In this document: positions 13,100-25,520 of the stretch, piece by piece
How the letters are laid out: the number at the start of each line of letters is the position of its first letter
Position numbering within the stretch: position 1 is the first letter of the stretch
From: Octopus vulgaris
Taxonomy: Eukaryota
Assembly: GCA_951406725.2 (NCBI GenBank)
Contig: OX597823.1
Location: forward strand, 248,001 to 312,000
Length of the DNA: 64,000 nucleotides
Direction of reading: 5' to 3'
Position numbers and translations under genes: made by a program
The notes under the pieces: model-generated
Databases searched by the model: none
Told to the model about the DNA's origin: nothing
Seen by the model: the letters and a program-made list of their open reading frames with translations, nothing else

Positions 13100-14355
13100 A
13101 TATCATCATCATCATTGTTTAATGTCTGCTTTCTATGCTGGCATGGGTTGGACGATTTGACTGAGGACTGGTGAACCAGATGGCTACAACAGGATCCAAT
13201 CTGATCTGGCAGAGTTTCTACAGCTGGATGCCCTTCCTAACACCAACCACTCCGGGAGTGTAGTGGGTGCTTTTATGTGTCACTGGCACAAAGGCCAGAC
13301 AGGTGGTACTGGCAATGGCCACACTCAAATGGTGTTTTTACATGCCACTTGCACAGGAGCCAGTCCAGCGGTACTGGCAATGACCTAGCTTGAATATTTT
13401 TTCACATGCAAGTAAGGCGACGCTAGTAACAATCATGCTTGAATGATACTTTTTACATGCCACCGGCACAGAAGCCAGTCAGCTGCTCTGGCAATGATCA
13501 CGCTCAGATGGTACTCTTAGCGCTCCACTAGCACAGATGCCAGTCATCGAATTTGATTTCGATTTTGATTTCACTTGCCTCAACATGTCTTCGCAAGCAG
13601 AGTTTAGTGTCCAATGAAGGAAAAGTATGCATAAGTGGGCTGGTTACACCCCTGGCATGGGTCATGAGATTATGGTCTCACTTGGCCTGCTGAGTCTTCT
13701 CAAGCACAGCATATTTCCAAAGGTCTCGGTCACTAGCCCTTGCCTTGGTGAGGTCTAATGTTTGAAGGTCATGCTTCACTACTTCATCCCAGGTCTTCCT
13801 GGGTCTACCTCTTCCACAGGTTCCCCCAACCACTAGGGTGTGGTACTTTTTCACACAGCTCTCCTCATCCAGTCTCACCACATGACCATACCAGCGCAGT
13901 TGTCTCTCTTGCACACCACATCTGATACTATTTAAGTCCAACTTTTCTCTCAAGGTTCTTACACTCTGTTGAGTATGAACACTGACATTACACATCCATC
14001 AGATCATACTGGCTTCATTCCTTGTGAGCTTACGTATGTCCTCAGCAGTCACAGCCCATGTTTCACTGCCATGTAGCATGGCTGTTCGTACACATGCATC
14101 ATACAGTCTACCTTTTACTCCGAGCGAGAGGCCCTTTGTCACCAGTAAAGGTAAGAGCTCTCTGAACTTTGCCCAGGCTATTCTTATCAGCTACACTTTC
14201 AGTGCACCCCGCTGCTACTGACTTGGTCACCTAAGTAACGGAAGCTATCAACTACTTCTAGTTATCTTCCCTGGAATGTGACAGTTGTTCTCTGCACATT
14301 TTCAGTGTTCATTGCTCCTGAGCATCTGGCACATAAAAAAAAAACTATCTTCACA
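13100..14355 (-). mobile_element. RTE LINE 3' fragment
   Basis: ORF 13678-13995 matches the RTE C-terminus; (CAT)n tail at ~13100; retains the last CxxC of the finger (CARC) near 14320. Confidence 0.92.
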
Positions 14356-14711
14356 ATTTGTAAAATAATACTTTGGTTATTTCTGGTTACGCAGACACAC
14401 AAACACACAGTCTCATACAGGTACGTACACATACAAACACACACAGTCTCATAGTTACACGTACATACACAAATGCACTTAAACACACAGCCTCGTACCG
14501 TTACATGCATGCAAACACACACACACACCAAAGCAGCATCATATTTTTAATTTACTTATTTTTATTATTGGAACATTAAGGCTGAGGGAGGAGGAAGGTG
14601 ACTAAAGCAGACTGACATTGTCAGTCTCATAATGGAGGAGAAGAAGGGTATAGCGAGTGAGTAAAAGGGACTGACACATGTCCCACAAAATCGATTTTAT
14701 CTCTATAGATG

Positions 14712-14925
14712 AAGGTAGTGAGCTGAGAGAATTGTTAGCATACTGGGCAAAATGCCCAGCGGCATTTCGTCCGTCTTTATTTGTTCTGAGTTCAAATTCT
14801 GCTGGGGTCAATTTTGCCTTTCATCCTTTCGGGTTCAATAAAATAAGTACAAGGGTCAGTGTAAATCGACTTATCCCTTCCCACTTATCCCTTCAGACCT
14901 GGTGCCTAGAATAGAAAGGATTATT
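14712..14925 (+). mobile_element. Same SINE family; further copies ~12100-12330(+), 44440-44590(+), 45164-45380(+), 57597-57815(-), 61822-62030(-), 62362-62555(-), degraded 1430-1580(-), 27200-27420(-)
   Basis: Shared head, core and agaaaggattatt tail. Confidence 0.85.
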
Positions 14926-15201
14926 TCATTATATTAATATTGTCCTTTTTCAACTTTGAATTGATTTTAATTAATTTTTTTCCTTTTACATATCTTCAAG
15001 TCCTTATATATTTCATAATTGGATTAAGTCCCTTTTATTTTGATTGACTTTTTTTCCAGTGTCTGTGTGTCATTTGTTTTTGTTCACCTCATACCCAGAA
15101 GCAGACTGGCCTCAAGGCCTCTATCAAACACAAGCTTTCTAATAGCTCTCACCTTTCCTCCATACAGGTGTCTATATTTGCTATTTATTTGTTTCGTATT
15201 T

Positions 15202-15331
15202 ATTTATTATTCTTATACAAGAACGTTGTTGAAGCCAGCTAAGCCATCATTGGACTAGTCTGATGACAGCTCAGCTGGCTGATATCTCCAAGGTCACTGT
15301 CAACAACTGTTCTTGTATAAGAATACTAAAT
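15202..15331. repeat. 130-bp palindromic element
   Basis: tattcttatacaagaac-gttgttga pairs with tcaacaac-t-gttcttgtataagaata; inner agccagct/agctggct and catca/tgatg around the centre gactagtc. Confidence 0.85.
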
Positions 15332-16422
15332 TTCTGCTCTACTAAAATACAAAGTAGCCCATCAGATTCATGTAAAACTGTCTTCCTTATAACTGAGGAT
15401 AAAACAAACCTTAATGTGTGTGTGTGTGTGTGTGTGTACAAACACATACATACATATAACTAGCTTAAGACAAGAGACTTATGAAGTGGGTATGAAAAAT
15501 GTGAGATAAAGACAATTTTTTTAATGCATTCATAAAACAAAAAAACTGAAACTGCCTGAAGTGATTTTGTGATAAAAAATGATAATCCTGAAGCGAAAGT
15601 GTTGTTGCCACTGATGGTGGTGCTGATGCTAAGTTTTTGGCCAGCCCTGATCTATCCCCATTCCACCACAACTACCCAGTGATTTCTTTCTAGGCAGGAT
15701 ATCGAGAATTACAGTCATTCAATATTTTCCCTTCTGGTTGAAATGTTAGAATAGATTTCGTGTTTGGATTTGGTTTGCAAGATTCTTTATGTGAGTTCGT
15801 GTGTTGAAGCATATTCTGTTGTGTCTGGGGAGAGTCATTTTCTTTTTGTGCCTTGTAATTTAATTTAACACACTCACCGGTAAAATTTCCACTTATTTCT
15901 TATTTTTATTTTTAAGGGAAATTCATCAGCCATTTTCCACAGGTTGAGTTACCAGAGAGAAGCTGCTTCATTGCTGTGTGAACACAGTATGCTAAGGTGG
16001 TGAGTTTGCTTGTGTATGTGTGTATGTTTATAGTGCCGTAAAGAGGTGTTGGCAGAAGTGTTTGTCTAATTGATGTTAACGATGATGCTGATAGGGTTGG
16101 TGAATGAAGAGAGTGCAATAAGATGAGTATGTTGGAAGAAATAATGATTATTGAGGGGGTGATGGAAGGAAGGAGAGAGAGTGAGAAAGAAAGAGTGAGA
16201 GAGAGAGAGAGAAAGAAAGAGAGAGAGAGAGAGAGTGGGGTCATACAGATATACTGAAAAGAGGCAGCTTATTCTTTGTGAAGTAACTGAAGAATTATTT
16301 TTGTATCCCAGTCAGGGTAAGTGATATCTGAGAAGGTAGCCCAGAATCTCTACCATACCAACAATTCTCTCTCTCACTACTAGCAAACCTATCAACCAAC
16401 CAATCAGCTGACTGACAGCTGG

Positions 16423-16457
<35 letters not shown>

Positions 16458-16592
16458 CATAGACTTTGGTACAAATTCTACACTAGTTCCACTCAATACC
16501 ACACTACAAGTTATATTGTTGTTTTGAAATAAACACCCACCAACAGTATGAAGCTGAGAGGCTGGCCAAAAAGAAGTTCTAAATGATGAAGG

Positions 16593-16644
<52 letters not shown>

Positions 16645-16914
16645 GAGTTGGAGAGAGACAAGGAATTAAGTGTATATACACATGTATAGATTAGATAGGC
16701 AGGTAGATGGAGAGGTAGGTAGGTAGGTAAACAAATAGATAGAGAGGATTTGTGTTTTCAAAAGATGTGTTTCATGAAATGATTTAAAAAGTGCATCCAA
16801 TTTCTTGAATATTCTGCCAATGTGTGTGTGTGTGTGTATGGTGGGGGAGGCATAAGTTCTTGTTATTCTCCTGCATGGACTTATATGTGTGGCAGCAACA
16901 ACAAAAGATGTTAA

Positions 16915-17134
16915 CCCTTTCATTACTGTATTTATTTCGAGATGCTCTGTGTGTCTTTCAATTACTTTAAATATAACATAGAATTTAGTAAAATAACTTA
17001 GTTATCATTCAGCTAGTGTTAGGGACATAAATTGTGACTAAAGTTTGGTGGAAGATTTTAATTCAAAACTTATGCCATCAAAACATTTGTACTGAGAGCC
17101 AGAGCCAGTTTCAGCCGGGTTGGCATCGAAAGGA
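16915..17134. mobile_element. piggyBac-type MITE of a different family (220 bp)
   Basis: TTAA|ccctttc ... gaaagga|TTAA. Confidence 0.65.
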
Positions 17135-17678
17135 TTAAATAAAAAGCCTGGTGTTATTCATTCTCGCTATACACATTGCCCAAACCATCCCTGCCCAGGT
17201 CAACTTTGCCTTTCGTCTCTTGAGGCTTTGCTAGAAGGGTATCATGCAAGGGCAGTGAAATGGCAGAATGTTACATGGGTGAAAGACCTTGTGGTAGAAT
17301 AAAAAAAAAAAAAGCAAAAGCAGTGATGTGCTTGGGAGGAGTTGAAGCAAGGGGCCACCAAGTATTTCAGTTGATTATTCTTCTGGCACACAGCATTTGG
17401 CGGAGGGAACTTCAAAAGGACTTTCAAGTCCTCTACACATCCATACACAAATTTCTGAAGACATTCACACTGGGAATTATTGATTTTTTTTTTTACAATT
17501 CAAACAATATTAGTAAATTTTCTTGTAATAAACCAACAGTAACTGACACAAAAAATAATTTGATAAAGACAAATCTTAAAAATCAATTATGTATAGATTA
17601 ATTAAGATTTCCAAGTATAATGCTGCAGCAGAAGAGTGTGTTCATGCATGTTTATTGGTTTATGAGTGTGTGTGTGTG

Positions 17679-17731
<53 letters not shown>

Positions 17732-18311
17732 TCTACTATAATTAGAAAGAAAGTTGGCAGTTCTTTTTCCCTTTAAGATGAGTTAAGATAGATAAGAGTT
17801 TGGTAAAATAGAATGTCTGCAAACACACACTCAATACAGTTGAACGTGTATTCCAATTAATTTGAATGTGAAGTTAGAAATCAAAACATTACAATAAAAC
17901 TAAAATTACAAGACTTTAATCATTTATGATAGGAAATATCTTAATAGTTTGAAAATTTCCGGTTACTCTGATAGTTGTGCGTGTGTGTGTGCATGTAGTT
18001 TTCAGGGGGAAAAGCAATGTAGACTGGAATAAATTCATAGGATGATATGCCTTAAACTAATGTTAAATTTCAGTTAAACCATTTCACTTGTTCTTCATAG
18101 CAGTATTTATAGCCCTAACCAACAACCAAGAGAGAAACTGCCTCTGTCAGGTTGACTTGTTCACAACAAGAAAACACTCCATAACAAAATAATTCAAGAC
18201 TTTGCTAAAGGATACAAGACATTTACATTTTATATACACCCATACACACACAAAGATTAGCAACCAAAAAGAGAAAGGGCAAACGGCTGTTAAACTTGCC
18301 TTGGCTTTCAC

Positions 18312-18482
18312 CTGTACTACTCCAAATGCCAGGGTGGTGCCAATTCTGCAGCGTTTGATAAGTAATTTAGCTGTGCAGGGGTCTGCAGGTGACTGGGTGG
18401 GGTGACATGTGGAAACATTGGGTTTAGCCGGTATATCCATGCAAGGCGTCATATTGGTGACAATGCTGACAGATAATCCATT
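18312..18482 (-). CDS. Candidate symmetric (phase 0-0) exon of the host gene
   Basis: Strong acceptor ccccttctctctcaccag|AAT and weaker donor CAG|gtgaaa; 171 nt. Only frame 0 is open (NGLSVSIVTNMTPCMDIPAKP...LAFGVVQ), matching the phase-0 donor at 30935. No recognisable domain. Confidence 0.33.
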
Positions 18483-18786
18483 CTGGTGAGAGAGAAGGGG
18501 CTGAAAAAGTGTGCAACCAAATTCCTGATGGCTGGTGTTATCAGTAGTTGAGAAAATAAAATTGGTAGCAGTGATGTGGTGTGCTTGTAGTGAATAGCAG
18601 TTCCTGTGACAACAAGGGGGGGAGAGAGAGAGGGGGGGAGAGGAATTTATGAAGAAAGTTGTTGTGTGTGTGTGTGTGTTGCTGTCTTCTACCACTGATG
18701 CTGATGCTGTTACAACAGAAGCCTAAAAGTTTTGATGGGTAGGCAATGGGAGAGGGAAAAGAGGGTAAGTGGGAGTCAAGCCTGGC

Positions 18787-18820
<34 letters not shown>

Positions 18821-20031
18821 GAGGTTGTATAGTAGTATGAGAATTTGTTGAAAAGATTCAGAAACAGGAATAGATTATTATTATCATCATCATCGTTGTC
18901 ATCATCACCATCATCATCTTCATGGCAATATTCCATTCTGTTGCCTAGACTACTGACTGTAAACCATATTTGCCAAATTTACCCAGAGTAAGCTACAAGT
19001 GAAACTGGTAGCAAAGGTGGTAGTGGTGGTGGTGATGTTTGAAAAAAGGAGAAAAAGAGTACAGCCTTTTGTAAATCAGCTGTAAACAGAGGTGGGGGGG
19101 AGGGGGTAAGGTATTCCACAAGGATATCTTCCTCCTCCAAGCTTTTCAGAAGAAACAAGAATATATATGTATGTGTGTGTGTGTTGGTGTTGTTTAGCAC
19201 CAAGTCCACCTTGAGTAAACCTAACAGATCATCATCATTAAAGGTATCCAAGCAATGACCATCCAGCCTCTGATGACCACAACTGTCCAAAGTGTCCTTT
19301 CCTTTATAAGAGTGTCATTTGCAGGTGATTCATTCACATTTTGTGGTGGGTCGAGTGATTGTGTGGCCCTTAAACTCACTGCTTCATGCGTAGATTTCTA
19401 GCTTTTCATATGACTTTGTAAAGTATTTTTGTAGGAGGATAGAGATTCCTGCATTCGCATGGATAAATGTCAAGTATGTGACAGCTTGTGTAAGAGAAAC
19501 TGCTTGTAAACCTATCTTTTGTATGTATGTGTGATTCTGTCACCAGAAGGTTTTGTGGATTTGTGTGACTGCTAGTATGTATTGTTAAATAAATCAAGCC
19601 ATTGTCTCTACAAAACAAATCATTCAAAATGTTCAACAATTAAAGATTTCATAACCCCCACCACAATAAACTAAGCAGTTAGAGCCAACCGAAGCAGAAT
19701 GTAATTGTTGAGCTTAAACAATACTGTGTTTGTTTGTTTGTTTGTTTCTGTATGTCCTTTACTAAATTTCCTGGAAACCGAACAGTGTCTGCACATATAT
19801 GTGTGTGTGTGTGTCGAGAAGGAGAGAAACACATTAAATATGACTTTTCCTGGTCAAGATGTTTTCAGGAATGCAACAGGTAGCTCGTTAAGTAAGGTAT
19901 TTCTAAACAAACAGCTAGACACACTCACTGTTTTTGCTAGACACACTTTGACCACATACACATTACTATCACACAATAACAGGCAACCAGAAGATCAGCA
20001 TTAATAATAGCAGCAGTGATAAGAAAATGTT

Positions 20032-20075
<44 letters not shown>

Positions 20076-21222
20076 TGTGTAGGTGTTCATGCCACACAAA
20101 CAGCCAACATAAACTTGGAGTAAAATACCACTGTGAAGGAAAACAACAATTGCTACTACTACTACTACTACTACTACTGTGACAGGACAGATTTCTTATG
20201 TAGAAAACCCAGCAGCAGCAACTAGTAAAAGTAACAAAAATAACCACACCTTTTTCTCCAAAGAAATCATGACCAAGGGAAATTGGTGGACAACTGGTAT
20301 CTGGCACACACAAATAATATACACAGACACATTCAGAGATACATAAACACACACACACACATTTGTTTTTTTTTATATATATCCATTACATACATACACA
20401 CACACACACATACATGAGAGGCTTCTTTTAGTTTCCATCTACCAAATCCACTAATAAGTCTTTCATCAGCCCAGAGTTACTGTAAAGACACTTGCCCAAG
20501 GTGTCATGCAGTGGGACTGAACCCAAGTCTCAGGCTAACTAAAGCCTTGTGAATGGATTTCATAGATGGAGACTGAAAAAAGCCTGTCACACACACACAC
20601 ACACAAACAATGCATTTTTATGATTTTATTATGGCTAAGAATTGAAATATTTGTATGTGATTTATATTTAATATTTATTACTTATTATATTAAATTAGGA
20701 TCTAGTCAAACAGATTTGCAAAATATGCACTTTTTAAAAGGAAATTAAAAAATCTGAAAATCGGGTATAATAATGTAGTTTCCCAGTCTTATTGCTATGA
20801 AGATATGATAATGTGGAGAAAAAAATGGAGGAAAAGGTTACAGAGGTTAAAAAAAAAAAGAAAAAAAAAAGAAAAACTATTTTTAGCTAATAGCAAGACA
20901 GAAATTTCCTGCATTTAGTGGAGTGGTGTCAACTGACCTGTTCATTGTAGGTTTCTAAATAAACAGAAATACCCAATAAAATCAACAGGTATCATCTTAC
21001 TGTTTCTTTTGTCTCTTCATTGATTGTATGTTTTAATTATTTTTTTCAAATTTGTTATATTAATGTATTTGTCTGCATGTGTTTACTTTATGCGTATTTC
21101 AGTATCATGTATACCTGACATGTATTTCTGTACATCGTTAATATATATGTGTATGTGTGTCTGAAAACTTCAAAGTTGAGTAATGCTTTCATGCTTGGAT
21201 TTGTAAATTATAATAAGAATAA

Positions 21223-21651
21223 CACTGGTCAACAAAGAATTTGTCCCAAGAAAAAGAATACCCGTATCTTGTATGTTTTTGCATGCAGAATTCAAAAATA
21301 ATGTCAAATTATCTGTAACACCCACAGTTTCTCTGTTCCACGATATCCTTCTCAGTTCCTGTTACGTGGACTAAATTTCAGTTAAGCTGTTGAAATGTGA
21401 AGCAAAGGGTTTAAGAAATACTCCTTATTTGAATGATTATGAATAGAATTAATCTAGTGAGATCATAAATCCAGCTATCTGAGTCAATGAGTGCCTGAAT
21501 TTTGCAATACTGAGTCGATGAGTCATCGATGCTTTGTCAGTATTGTGCTTGAAGTGTAGGTGTGCGGTTGTGTACTAAGTTCACATTTTCCATTCACTTT
21601 CATAATGCCAAGAAACTGTATGAACATCACAAACAACTTTTGTTGTATATG
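21223..21651 (+). mobile_element. Possible 5' end of a DNA transposon (family uncertain)
   Basis: Begins cactggtcaacaaa; ends in MPRNCMNITNNFCCI (21605-), similar to a recalled M.R.C.N.P..FCYICG transposase-like N-terminus. Confidence 0.35.
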
Positions 21652-22226
21652 AAAAATATGTAAAATATGAAGACAATTGACGGAAAATATCTATAATAAA
21701 ATTCTAATTGATAAATATGAATTTTTATTAAAAGAAAACAGGTGGGTGAAGTAAATTATGCGGCTGTCATGGTAACAAGCTGTAAGTGCCTCACTGTCTG
21801 CTGATTGGCTAAAATTACCCAAATTTGTCAACTTTCATTCCAAATGACATCAGATTCTTTAATTTATGAGATAAAGTAATTGGTTGATCATAATCAAAAT
21901 TCAGAGTGGCATCCATGCACCAGAATTGAAAGCAATCTGAACAAAATTAAAGGGGACTCATTTTGTGAATGAAACTAACTATATCCTTATATTATTATAA
22001 GAATATAATATAATATATACTATGATGCTAATAAATTTAAAATTTTAATTTTTGAATTGTCAATTGTTATACATCTCCATTTTCTATTCATTTATATAAT
22101 TTAATATATACCCATGTAATTTGTCAAGTTATTTTTCTCTGCAAGATTGGGTATTTAACTGTGGAGCCAGCAAAAGATTGGATGCTTTTCATCCCTATTT
22201 TCCTTGGATTATTTTAAATATATATA

Positions 22227-22274
<48 letters not shown>

Positions 22275-22276
<2 letters not shown>

Positions 22277-23090
22277 CTCACTAAAACAACCATACTCTCT
22301 TCCTTCAGGGGAACCGCTCACAGCCTCTAACAATATCAGAGACCTGGGTGTAATTGTTGATGACGATCTCAGTTGGAGTGCACACATCAACAAGAAGGTC
22401 GATATAGCTCGTAGGATGAGTTTCTGGATCTTAAGAACTTTCCGGTCCAGAGAACAAGGTGTCATCATACCACTTTTTTCCTCCTTTGTACGGCCACACC
22501 TTGAATACTGCTGCCCACTGTGGTCTCCTCACACAAGACAAAACATCTCCAGAATTGAGTCACCCCAGAGGGCTCTCACTAAACAAATTGAAGGCATGGC
22601 TGCTCTCGATTATTGGGATCGCCTTAAAGCCTTGAAACTTTACTCCCTCCAGCGTCGCCGTGAGCGGTACATCATTTGTACGATGTGGAAAATATACTGC
22701 CAACTTTGCCCAAACGACCTAAACATTAGCTTCAAGGTTCATCCAAGACTTGGACCACGGGCTATACATCCCCTGCCCAATTCAAGATCACAACATACAT
22801 GTACACTGCAACATAATTTCTTTTCCTCAACAGGCCCTGCCCTATTTAACATTGTCCCGAGGGAGATCAAAGAGGAAAAGGATCCCATCAACTTTAAACA
22901 GAGTCTGGATAGATTCCTTCAAAGAATACCAGATAAGCCACCCATAATTGGATACAACTCACCCAACAAGAACTCACTACTTGAACAAAACTTGACTTAA
23001 ACAGGATTCGAATAATCCTATCAGGTGGTGCTATTAAGTTAGACATGGCCTGGACCAATCTCTGGTCGAAACATATCTAAGTTTATCTAA

Positions 23091-23094
<4 letters not shown>
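22275..23094 (+). mobile_element. CR1-clade LINE 3' fragment inserted in (TA)n
   Basis: RDLGVIVDDDLSWSAHI, VRPHLEYCCPLWSP, YWDRLKALKLYSLQRRRER; 3' stem-loop gacca-atctc-tggtc and terminal repeat (tatctaagtt)x2; (TA)n on both sides. Confidence 0.92.
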
Positions 23095-23143
<49 letters not shown>

Positions 23144-23219
23144 ATATATGTATATATATATATATATATGTATATATATGTATGTATGTATATATGTATA
23201 TATATATATATATATGTAT

Positions 23220-23251
<32 letters not shown>

Positions 23252-23265
23252 GTATATATATATAT
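23095..23265. repeat. Compound (TA)n/(TATG)n microsatellite; many other (CA)n, (GA)n, (TAT)n, (TAC)n, (CAT)n tracts throughout (e.g. 11674-11730, 16597-16640, 17682-17729, 20032-20073, 62574-62608)
   Basis: Directly visible. Confidence 0.98.
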
Positions 23266-24106
23266 CATCATCATCATTTAACATCCGCTTTCCATGCTAG
23301 CATGGGTTGGACGGTTCGACCGGGGTCTGGTAAGCCATGGAGATGGAGGCTGCACCAGGCTCCAATCTGATTTGGCAGTGTTTCTACAGCTGGATGCCCT
23401 TCCTAACGCCAACCACTCTGTGAGTGTAGTGGGTGTTTTTTAGGTGCCACCGGCACAGGAGCCAGCGCAGGCTGGCAAATGGCCACGATCAGTTGGTGCT
23501 TTTAGGTGTCACGGACACGGACGGAGTCAGGCGACGCTAGTAATTGCTACGTTCAGGCGGTGCTTTTTATGTGTCACCAGCACAGGTATCTTAACTGCAA
23601 TTTCCATTTGGATGTTGACGTTGACGAACTTGACTCAACAGGTCTCCTCAAGAACAGCAGGTCACTCTAGGATCCAAGGTCAGCACAGCAGGCCGTCCTG
23701 CGAGCCATGAATTCACTTCATTTGTCGGGTCTTCAAAGTCACAGCATATCTCCAGAGGTCTCGGTCTTTCATCATAGCCGCTGTGAGGCTCAAAATACGA
23801 AGGTCATGCTTGACCACCTCGTTCCATGTCTTCCTGAGTCTACCTCTACCCCAGATCCCTTCAACAGTTTGGGAGTGGCACTTCTTCACACATCTCTCCT
23901 CGTCCATCCTTAATACATGACCGTACCCATGCAATCGTCTCTCCTGCACACTGCATCCAATGCTTCTTATGCCCAACATTTCTCTCAGGACGCTTACACT
24001 CTGTCATGGACACTGACATTACACATCCAGCGGATCATGCTAGCTTCATTTCTTTCAAGCCTACGCATGTCCTCCGCAGTCACAGCCCACGTTTCACTGC
24101 CATGGG
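23265..24106 (-). mobile_element. RTE LINE 3' fragment
   Basis: HGSETWAVTAEDMRRLERNEASMIRWMC and RRLHGYGHV...KTWNEVVKHD; tail abuts a (TA)n array. Confidence 0.92.
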
Positions 24107-24383
24107 TGGGGGGCGGGGCACGGAATGTGTGGGTGAGCTTGTGTGTTTCAAGTAAGGGTGGATGAGTATATACATATAGGCACATGTACGTGGGTGTGCG
24201 AACGCGCATATGTATGTATGGACATGCGCGCTTACATGATTGCTATGAACATTTTTACTCCCTTACCATTACTCCCTCCCCTCACTTAGTGGTCATTCAA
24301 ATAGCTCTTTTGTCTTAATAGCGGTCAATCACACAGTAATTTCCCTTTGTTTAACGGTCATTTTCATAGCATTTTTTTCAATG

Positions 24384-24453
24384 GCCCGATAACTGAAGAG
24401 GTGCCGGTGTGGGTTTCCACCCTGACATCTGGAACTTGGAGTTTTATCATGGC
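24384..24453 (+). ncRNA. Decayed minimal type-I hammerhead ribozyme-like motif
   Basis: gataa-CTGAAGA-[imperfect ~13-bp hairpin]-(t)GGAAC-ttgga-GTT-ttatc. Order of elements is right, but the GAAA box is altered. Confidence 0.4.
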
Positions 24454-25047
24454 TACCAAATAATAGCCACATTTTATATATATATGCTTTTGCTCCTTAT
24501 TTCTCTCTCCATCACGGTTGCTGGCTTGTTTATATTTCTCTCCCTACACCTGTTCTTCTGTTCACCACTCAAGATACAAGGCCTGGCTATTCGCAAGGAA
24601 CTCACCGTTACCCACCCCAATACCCAATGTCAGAAGTCTCTCTCTCTCATTTTCTCCTTGGTTAGTAGCAAGCCTCTGTCTCAGCTCATCACCCCATACA
24701 TGGATAAACAAGCCTGCCAGTAGGTCCCTTCCAGCAGCAGTGAGAGCCATAACAATCTCATATAACAACAGTATTCTTCTTTGCGTTTGAGCATTTGGAA
24801 TCCTACTCTATTTCTACTTTATTTTCTGACTAAATTTTTATGGATTTTGATACACTATATACAGCAAATGTTGAGAATAAGCAAATAATGAATGAATGAT
24901 GGCAATTTTAATGAAACCATTTGCTGGCCAAGCACAATTGAACTTCTTTTATTCTCCACAGGTAGAGATGCTGCAAAACCCTGATCAACAAAGAACCAAG
25001 CAGCTCCTCCTTCTTTTGTGTAGATTCCAAAACAGAGCAGCAACTTT

Positions 25048-25520
25048 TAAATTTAGGTGCAATGAAAGGTAGGCCTAGTGAGCTTATGGAGATGCTGGAG
25101 CGAAGATGAGTGGATGTGTGTCATGTGCTAGAGGTAACAAGGCAGGGATCTTCAACTGAACTCCTCACAGGTAGAAGACAGCAGTTCAAACTTTTCTGGG
25201 TGAGCAATAGTGATGGCAAGGGTGGAGTGGGTGTAGTCAGAGTATGTGATAGGATAATTAAGTTAAGACTAATCATAGACAGCACAAGAGTAACATTATT
25301 TTGGCATAAGCACCACAGGTGAGGTGGGTGGGAGAACAGAAGGATCACTTCCACGAGACTCTTCTGCTGCCGAGTACCTCAACTATAAGTGATGGTGACC
25401 TCATTATCATGGCTGGTGACTCCAACAGACAAACATGTTGGACAACACATTAATAGCTTTTGCAATGTACAAGAAGGCTATGGTTACAACATGAGAAATA
25501 AAGCAGGTGTAAAGCTCTTA
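25048..25520 (+). pseudogene. Degraded apurinic endonuclease domain of an RTE LINE
   Basis: NLGAMKGRPSELMEMLERR*VDVC..., FKLFWVSNSDGKGGVGV, APQV, IIMAGDSN..HVG. Confidence 0.75.

Noticed and set aside
15946-16000. Minus-strand mini-exon MKQLLS|gtaact
   Set aside because: Too short and the donor too weak to separate from chance.
18350-18400. SPADPCTAKL resembles the recalled PTPN4 PDZ segment TPADLCVPRL
   Set aside because: No GFNVKGG loop or GD..L.ING motif around it; likely coincidence.
23048-23075. Hairpin followed by GAAAC at the CR1 3' end as a hammerhead
   Set aside because: No upstream CUGANGA; better explained as the usual CR1/L2 3' stem-loop.
23083-23370. Low-complexity ORFs (YIYI, CVCV, THTH, SLSL, poly-I/N) here and across the window
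   Set aside because: Translations of microsatellites.
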